Positions 27,310-32,000 of a stretch of 32,000 nucleotides of DNA are shown here, one piece after another. The stretch is from Rhodothermia bacterium (GTDB taxonomy: Bacteria > Bacteroidota > Rhodothermia > Rhodothermales > UBA2364). Location of the stretch: contig JAFLBZ010000017.1 in the NCBI GenBank assembly GCA_017303715.1, positions 33,357 through 65,356 of the forward strand, written 5' to 3'. Under the pieces are notes generated by a model. The model saw only the letters and a list, made by a program, of their open reading frames with translations, was not told where the DNA came from and made no database searches. Each line of letters begins with the position of its first letter. The first letter of the stretch is position 1. The translations under genes were made by a program, and so were the position numbers.

Positions 27310-28011
27310 ATGATAACAATTGACAATTATTTAGACAGCCACTATATCCACCGAAGCAATTGGTTGAGAGCCGCCGTTTTAGGAGCAAATGACGGTATTA
27401 TCTCAATTTCAAGCCTTGCAATTGGTGTAGCAACAGCAAGCGCTACAAGAGACCCTATTCTATTAGCGACTATTGCAGGGCTTGTGGCAGGTGCATTATC
27501 CATGGCCGCTGGTGAATATGTGTCGGTTAGTTCTCAAACAGACATTGAAAAGGCAGATATTGAAAGAGAAAGACAAGAACTTCAAGAAATGCCCGAAATA
27601 GAAATAAAAATACTTGCAGAGATTTATGAAAAACGTGGACTTAAAAAGGAAACAGCTTTACAAGTTGCAAAAGAATTAACAGAATTTGACGCCTTGGGGA
27701 CACATGTTCGAGATGAATTAGGAATAAATGAAATTAGTCAGGCCAACCCTATTCAGGCAGCTTTTGCCTCTGGTGCAGCATTCACTGTTGGAGGACTATT
27801 GCCGCTTTTGGTGACACTTTTCGCTACAATTTCTAGTATGGCGTATTTTTTATATGGCTTTACAATTGTATTCCTCGTTATCCTTGGAGCCGTTTCAGCA
27901 AGAACAGGTGGCTCAAGTGTAGTTAGGGCCGTAACAAGAATCGTAGTTTGGGGAACAATTGCTATGGGCACTTCTGCCTTGGCTGGATATGTTTTTGGTG
28001 TCAATCTGTAA
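27310..28011 (+). CDS. VIT1/CCC1 family iron/manganese transporter
   Basis: 233 aa. HRSNWLRAAVLGANDGIISISSLAIGVA...MAAGEYVSVSSQTDIE, a central acidic helix region, then C-terminal TM helices. This is the typical VIT-family layout. Confidence 0.85.
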   Translation: MITIDNYLDSHYIHRSNWLRAAVLGANDGIISISSLAIGVATASATRDPILLATIAGLVAGALSMAAGEYVSVSSQTDIEKADIERERQELQEMPEIEIKILAEIYEKRGLKKETALQVAKELTEFDALGTHVRDELGINEISQANPIQAAFASGAAFTVGGLLPLLVTLFATISSMAYFLYGFTIVFLVILGAVSARTGGSSVVRAVTRIVVWGTIAMGTSALAGYVFGVNL

Positions 28012-28573
28012 TCTGAAGCCTTAAAAAATATGAATATGGCACATTTTTATTTTGTGGAAAATCGTTGAGGTGACAGGAAATTACATTGAAAGGCACGAAG
28101 AGTCAGCAGGACTACTTTCCATCCTTTTTTTATTCTCTATGGACTTACATTTTTTAGGATTGCTGGCTTGTATCAAACAAAGAAATACCCAAATATTGTA
28201 AATATTTTAGTTTTTAATTTTTGTATTTGTAGTCACCTTATTTGGGAAAGTACAAGAACAAAAAGTGGCTAAATTTGACAGATTGAATCAGAGAAAACAA
28301 AAAAGTAACACCAAAAAATTAAATCAATATCAATATTGACCAAGATGGGGACTGAAAAAACTGTTTGGAAAGGAATTGAATAAAGACCAATAAATTGATT
28401 TTTTGAACGGGGGATTTTTTGCCTAAAAAAACCGATCTTGTGTACTGCAAAAATGTATATAGGAAAGATGGAATTAGACAGATAAGAGATTTATAAAGTG
28501 TTTTTTTAAAACTTAGTTAACTGGAAAGCTTTTGGCCATTACACATGAATAAAATGGAAAATAAATTTAATTT

Positions 28574-28906
28574 CTATCCAAAAATTATTTTTCTATGTTT
28601 TTGACCCCACTCCACGATAGAAGCAATTAAAGGGTCTAATGAATATCCATGTTCTGTTAGACTATATGTTACTTTAGAAGGGTTATCAGGATCTAATTTA
28701 CGAATTACCAATTTGTTTAATTCTAAATATTTTAACTCCTTGATTAAAGTGCGCGGGGTTATTACTCCCAAATCCCGTTTGAGTTCATTAAAACGTTTTT
28801 CTTTATCACATAAACTCGCTAAAATTGCCCCTCTCCAGCGTCCGCCTATAATGTTTATCACATCTTGGACATCTCGAAGTTGCACCTGTTTTTGTTTGTT
28901 TTTCAT
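28574..28906 (-). CDS. HxlR family transcriptional regulator
   Basis: 110 aa. IIGGRWRGAILASLCDKEKRFNELKRDLGVITPRTLIKELKYLELNKLVIRK...VTYSLTEHGYSLDPLIASIVEWG is the winged-helix HxlR signature. It is divergent from an NAD(P)H-binding oxidoreductase, which is a classic pairing. Confidence 0.85.
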   Translation of the reverse strand: MKNKQKQVQLRDVQDVINIIGGRWRGAILASLCDKEKRFNELKRDLGVITPRTLIKELKYLELNKLVIRKLDPDNPSKVTYSLTEHGYSLDPLIASIVEWGQKHRKIIFG

Positions 28907-29035
28907 TGTAAAATCAGCATTTTATATAAAGTAGTATCCTAAAAGATAGTTGTAATTTTACAAACCAGTTGTGATTTTAATGTAAAGGCAGTATATTTTG
29001 AATACCAAATTTTCTGTTAAAAAGTTTTTGAATTT

Positions 29036-29671
29036 ATGAGGATAACAATTATAGGGGCTTCTACTGGCGTTGGGCTTGAAGCCGTAAAAATAGCACTACA
29101 ACGCCATCATATTGTAACAACCCTTTCTCGGTCGGAGATTGATTTACCACCAAGCCCAAATCTGATAATACAAAAGGGCAGTGCAACCAATAGGGTTGAT
29201 TTGCAGAAATCACTCGAAAATGCTGATGCCATTATTGTAGCACTTGGTACTGGCAAAAATATGAAACCTACAAACTTGTATTCAGATTTTGCCAAATTGT
29301 TGGTTGATTTGCAAAAAGAAGTAAAGAAGGAAGTTCCGTTTATCATTTTGACAGGTTTTGGGGCAGGGGACAGTTGGGACTATCAGCCTAACTTCATCAT
29401 GAAATTGTTCTTTAAATATCTTTTAAGAGATGTTTATTCCGATAAAACCAAAATGGAAGAAATCATCAGCCAAACAAATTTAAAATGGGTTATTGCTCGC
29501 CCCGGTCTTTTGAAAGACAAGCCTTTGACAGGAAAGTATAGGGTAGAAACTACGCTTTTTAAAGGGATAAAGATTGGTAGTATAAATCGGGCAGATGTTG
29601 CGGATTTTTTAGTTAAACAAGCCGAAAACCCTACACAACTGTATAAATATTGTTCATTATCTAATTTGTAA
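29036..29671 (+). CDS. NAD(P)H-binding oxidoreductase (atypical SDR / NmrA / flavin-reductase-like)
   Basis: 211 aa. The N-terminal Rossmann motif is MRITIIGASTGVGLEAVKIAL. WVIARPGLLKD and RADVADFLV are typical of this family. Confidence 0.75.
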   Translation: MRITIIGASTGVGLEAVKIALQRHHIVTTLSRSEIDLPPSPNLIIQKGSATNRVDLQKSLENADAIIVALGTGKNMKPTNLYSDFAKLLVDLQKEVKKEVPFIILTGFGAGDSWDYQPNFIMKLFFKYLLRDVYSDKTKMEEIISQTNLKWVIARPGLLKDKPLTGKYRVETTLFKGIKIGSINRADVADFLVKQAENPTQLYKYCSLSNL

Positions 29672-29682
29672 ATACATTCATC

Positions 29683-30084
29683 ATGAAAAATCAAAATTTA
29701 GCTTCGGGTATTCCGATACCCGTTAAAATCTTTACATGGATGCTCATCGTGGCAGGGAGTTTCTTCTTCTATGTATATACATTTAATCCAAGCCTGAGTT
29801 TTCCAAGTGCTACTTTGGATACTTATTCTGCAAAAATGGGTTTTGCAAGTACAGGTGTCCGCATTTTAGGCAGCGTACTTGCCTTGCTTATTTCGGTAAT
29901 TGCCAATAATCCGCGCTGGTTATTTATTACCCTTATTTCGAGGGTTTTTATAGAATTGGGTGATGTTGTTGTCGGACTTTTGCTTGACGGCGTTACAGCC
30001 AATACTTTTGCATTATGCGTTTTAGCCGTAGCTGAAATATGGGCAGTTTTAAAACTTTGGCACGTTATAAACACAAATCCATAA
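29683..30084 (+). CDS. Small 4-TM membrane protein, function unknown
   Basis: 133 aa with four hydrophobic segments. It starts 11 nt after the oxidoreductase stop. Confidence 0.55.
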   Translation: MKNQNLASGIPIPVKIFTWMLIVAGSFFFYVYTFNPSLSFPSATLDTYSAKMGFASTGVRILGSVLALLISVIANNPRWLFITLISRVFIELGDVVVGLLLDGVTANTFALCVLAVAEIWAVLKLWHVINTNP

Positions 30085-30223
30085 TTAATTTGATGTGCTT
30101 TTTTGCAAAAGAAGGGGAGGAAATAAAATCCATTCTTTTTTGGTTATGCGATATGTTTTTTGATGGAAAACGATGGGGATACAACATTGCACAACTGGAA
30201 CCATATCTGTCCACCAATTGCGA

Positions 30224-30700
30224 TTAAAAATACTTTTCAAACCGTTTTGGGGAATCGTCCATATAAGTTTTGATTTGCCAAAAAGAATGCTCCTCGCCCG
30301 TAATGCGCAAGTGTAGTAGGTCTTTTCGGAAAAGGCGCATGACCAAACCGATCGGCGTAACGAGCAAGAAAAAAACAATCGTTAGGATTACGCGGCTCAT
30401 AATGGCCCCCATGACGAAAGCTAAGCCCATCCAGAGGCGATAAATGGGGGTTAATATCTTTGGGGATAAAGTGCCTAAAGTAAATAAAAACAAGCCCAAG
30501 ACGGATGAGAGATACCCAAAATGTTGATGTGTGGGATCGCCCTTGAAGAGGAACCAGAGGCCGAGAGCGAGTAAAAGCCCACCAATCAACCAGCCGAATT
30601 TTTGCAAGGCGCTACGGGAAACGTTTAAGTTCCTGAGTTCCTGAATAATTTCGTGCAACATAGGGGCAAATTGCGTATTTTGGGTTGTCATTTGCCGCAA
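30224..30700 (-). CDS. SxtJ-like small membrane protein (tentative)
   Basis: 158 aa. KFGWLIGGLLLALGLWFLF...LTPIYRLWMGLAFVMGAIMSRVILTIVFFLLVTPIGLVMRLFRKDLL resembles what I remember of the SxtJ family. The assignment is from memory only. Confidence 0.45.
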   Translation of the reverse strand: MRQMTTQNTQFAPMLHEIIQELRNLNVSRSALQKFGWLIGGLLLALGLWFLFKGDPTHQHFGYLSSVLGLFLFTLGTLSPKILTPIYRLWMGLAFVMGAIMSRVILTIVFFLLVTPIGLVMRLFRKDLLHLRITGEEHSFWQIKTYMDDSPKRFEKYF

Positions 30701-30742
30701 TCCTGCGGTTTTCCTTAAACGCTAAAGTTACGACGAACCACT

Positions 30743-31150
30743 ATGGATCAACAAAACAATGCGCCATTTTTACACTTTATTTTGGACGAGACTTGGACTG
30801 ATGCCCAGCAAACCGCTTTGTTAGAACTTATGGTTTGGGCGATGTATGTAGATAAAGCCATTCGGGTTGAAGAAAATGAGTTGATAGACCAGATTTTGGA
30901 CCAAATGTCTGTTGGCGACATCACACCGATTGCCCAATCCCTGAATCCGACCATTGCCAAAGTGCGGGACGCTTTTCATGATGAGCAAGCGGCGGCATAC
31001 CTCCTCGAAGATATTTGCCTATATTTGGACGATGCCGATGTTCGGGCGCAAGCCTTGGACTATTGTTTGCAAATTCTGGAGGCGGATGGACATCTACATC
31101 CAGACGAAGCCACGTTCCTTGAGCATGTCAAAATGCGGTTTCTTCAGTAG
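30743..31150 (+). CDS. Acidic TerB-like (tellurite-resistance TerB / DjlA-N fold) protein, tentative
   Basis: 135 aa. Paired motifs MVWAMYVDKAIRVEENELIDQI and ILEADGHLHPDEATFLEHV fit the two-fold TerB-like ADG-x-x-x-x-E helical repeat. Confidence 0.45.
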   Translation: MDQQNNAPFLHFILDETWTDAQQTALLELMVWAMYVDKAIRVEENELIDQILDQMSVGDITPIAQSLNPTIAKVRDAFHDEQAAAYLLEDICLYLDDADVRAQALDYCLQILEADGHLHPDEATFLEHVKMRFLQ

Positions 31151-31193
31151 ATGGTATTTTTTGTAAAGTGATTTCACCTGCCTTGAAAAGTCC

Positions 31194-31230
31194 AAACGTC
31201 CCAAATCTTATTTGGTTTGGGGCGTTTTTT
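31194..31230 (+). terminator. Rho-independent terminator for the TerB-like gene, overlapping the 3' end of the convergent MFS gene
   Basis: AAACGTCCCAAA (31194-31205), 10-nt loop, TTTGGGGCGTTT (31216-31227), with one mismatch, followed by TTT. Confidence 0.55.
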
Positions 31231-32000
31231 CGTGCGGAAATCCTTTCTGCGCCAGTAGAATTAGGGCAGCCAAGCCAAGAGGGATGAGCATGGCATTCCG
31301 AAGCCCCAAAAGTTCACTAGCAAAACCGATGAGGGGCGCACCCGTCATAATGCCGGCAATACCCACAGAAAGTACAACGGCAATCGCTGTTTCGGGCGGG
31401 GGATGCTGGAACTTGGTAGCCTCTGAAAACAAGAGCGGAACCAAGGCCGAAGCCCCAAGACCAATGACTGCAAAGGCCGCTATTGCCGAAATAAATTGTT
31501 GGGACATCCACAAAAGGGCAAAGCCAATAACGACGATACCAGATCCAAACGTCATGAGTTGACGCACAGAAAAGCGGCCGAAAAATTGGTTTCCAGACCA
31601 TCGGCCAAGGGTCATGGTAGCAGAAAAGGCCAAAAAACCAGCACTTACCAAGCCAGCTGAAGTTGCGGCTTCGGTTTTGAGGAATAAGCCACTCCAATTT
31701 AGAATAATGCCCTCGATGGACATTAAGACAAAGGACGTTAGGGCAAGCAAGACCAAATAGCGTGACCAGCCAACCTTTTCTTTGCGTTGATGGGTTATGG
31801 ATTCTTTAGGCAGGACAATTTTTAGTAAGTACAAATTGCAGAGGGACAACACAAAGGACAATATACCAAAAAAAGCTTGTGTACTTAGGGAAAGACTACC
31901 GGCAATGACGCCAAAAGCAGAACCCAACATTCCACCAAAGCTATACATTCCATGCGAAGCCGCCATAATCGGTTTCCCCGTTTGGTGTTCGTAAGCGCCA
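31208..32000 (-). CDS. MFS transporter (N-terminus lies beyond the window end)
   Basis: The - strand frame stays open from 31966 to the window edge (...GAYEHQTGKPIMAASHGMYSFGGMLG...). At least six hydrophobic helices are visible, which fits the C-terminal half of an MFS protein. Confidence 0.7.
   Translation of the reverse strand, partial: GAYEHQTGKPIMAASHGMYSFGGMLGSAFGVIAGSLSLSTQAFFGILSFVLSLCNLYLLKIVLPKESITHQRKEKVGWSRYLVLLALTSFVLMSIEGIILNWSGLFLKTEAATSAGLVSAGFLAFSATMTLGRWSGNQFFGRFSVRQLMTFGSGIVVIGFALLWMSQQFISAIAAFAVIGLGASALVPLLFSEATKFQHPPPETAIAVVLSVGIAGIMTGAPLIGFASELLGLRNAMLIPLGLAALILLAQKGFPHEKTPQTK

Overview
This is a 32-kb chromosomal segment that looks like it comes from an FCB-group bacterium (Bacteroidota, Ignavibacteriota or Rhodothermota-like). 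The clues are a T9SS C-terminal sorting domain, a GWxTD protein and an ECF-sigma module. I count about 27 protein genes, mostly on the + strand and tightly packed. I recognised no rRNA, tRNA, CRISPR array, transposase or integrase. Genes called with confidence by eye: smpB, tyrS, purK, a GH2 beta-mannosidase, a GNAT acetyltransferase, a DUF255/YyaL thioredoxin-domain protein, Hsp20, an ECF sigma factor, a sodium:solute symporter, a PgpH-like 7TM-HD phosphohydrolase, a VIT1/CCC1 transporter, an HxlR regulator with a divergent NAD(P)H-binding oxidoreductase, and two CDSs cut by the window edges (a T9SS cargo protein at the 5' end and an MFS transporter at the 3' end). The stand-out is a translationally coupled gene pair at 6188-11417. 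The first gene encodes a membrane protein with a channel-like 2-TM N-terminus, two Rossmann/RCK(TrkA-N)-type domains and a C-terminal tandem RyR repeat. The second overlaps it by 11 nt and encodes a 1134-aa protein with a TIR domain (catalytic Glu retained), one TM helix, a long coiled coil and a degenerate WD40-like beta-propeller. I read this as a candidate NAD-derived-signal (TIR) plus nucleotide-gated membrane-effector module that matches no named defence system I know. That reading is inference and needs profile searches, neighbourhood conservation analysis and experiments. Other points of interest are a composite hairpin-rich repeat cluster (52-bp and 78-bp tandem units plus a ~135-bp dispersed duplicate) in the 1.1-kb gap at 2078-3183, an ECF sigma / small membrane protein / atypical His-rich Hsp20 module, and a visibly AT-richer block (~27050-30220) containing 560 bp of apparently non-coding DNA. 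All domain calls come from reading motifs in the supplied translations. No database search was run.
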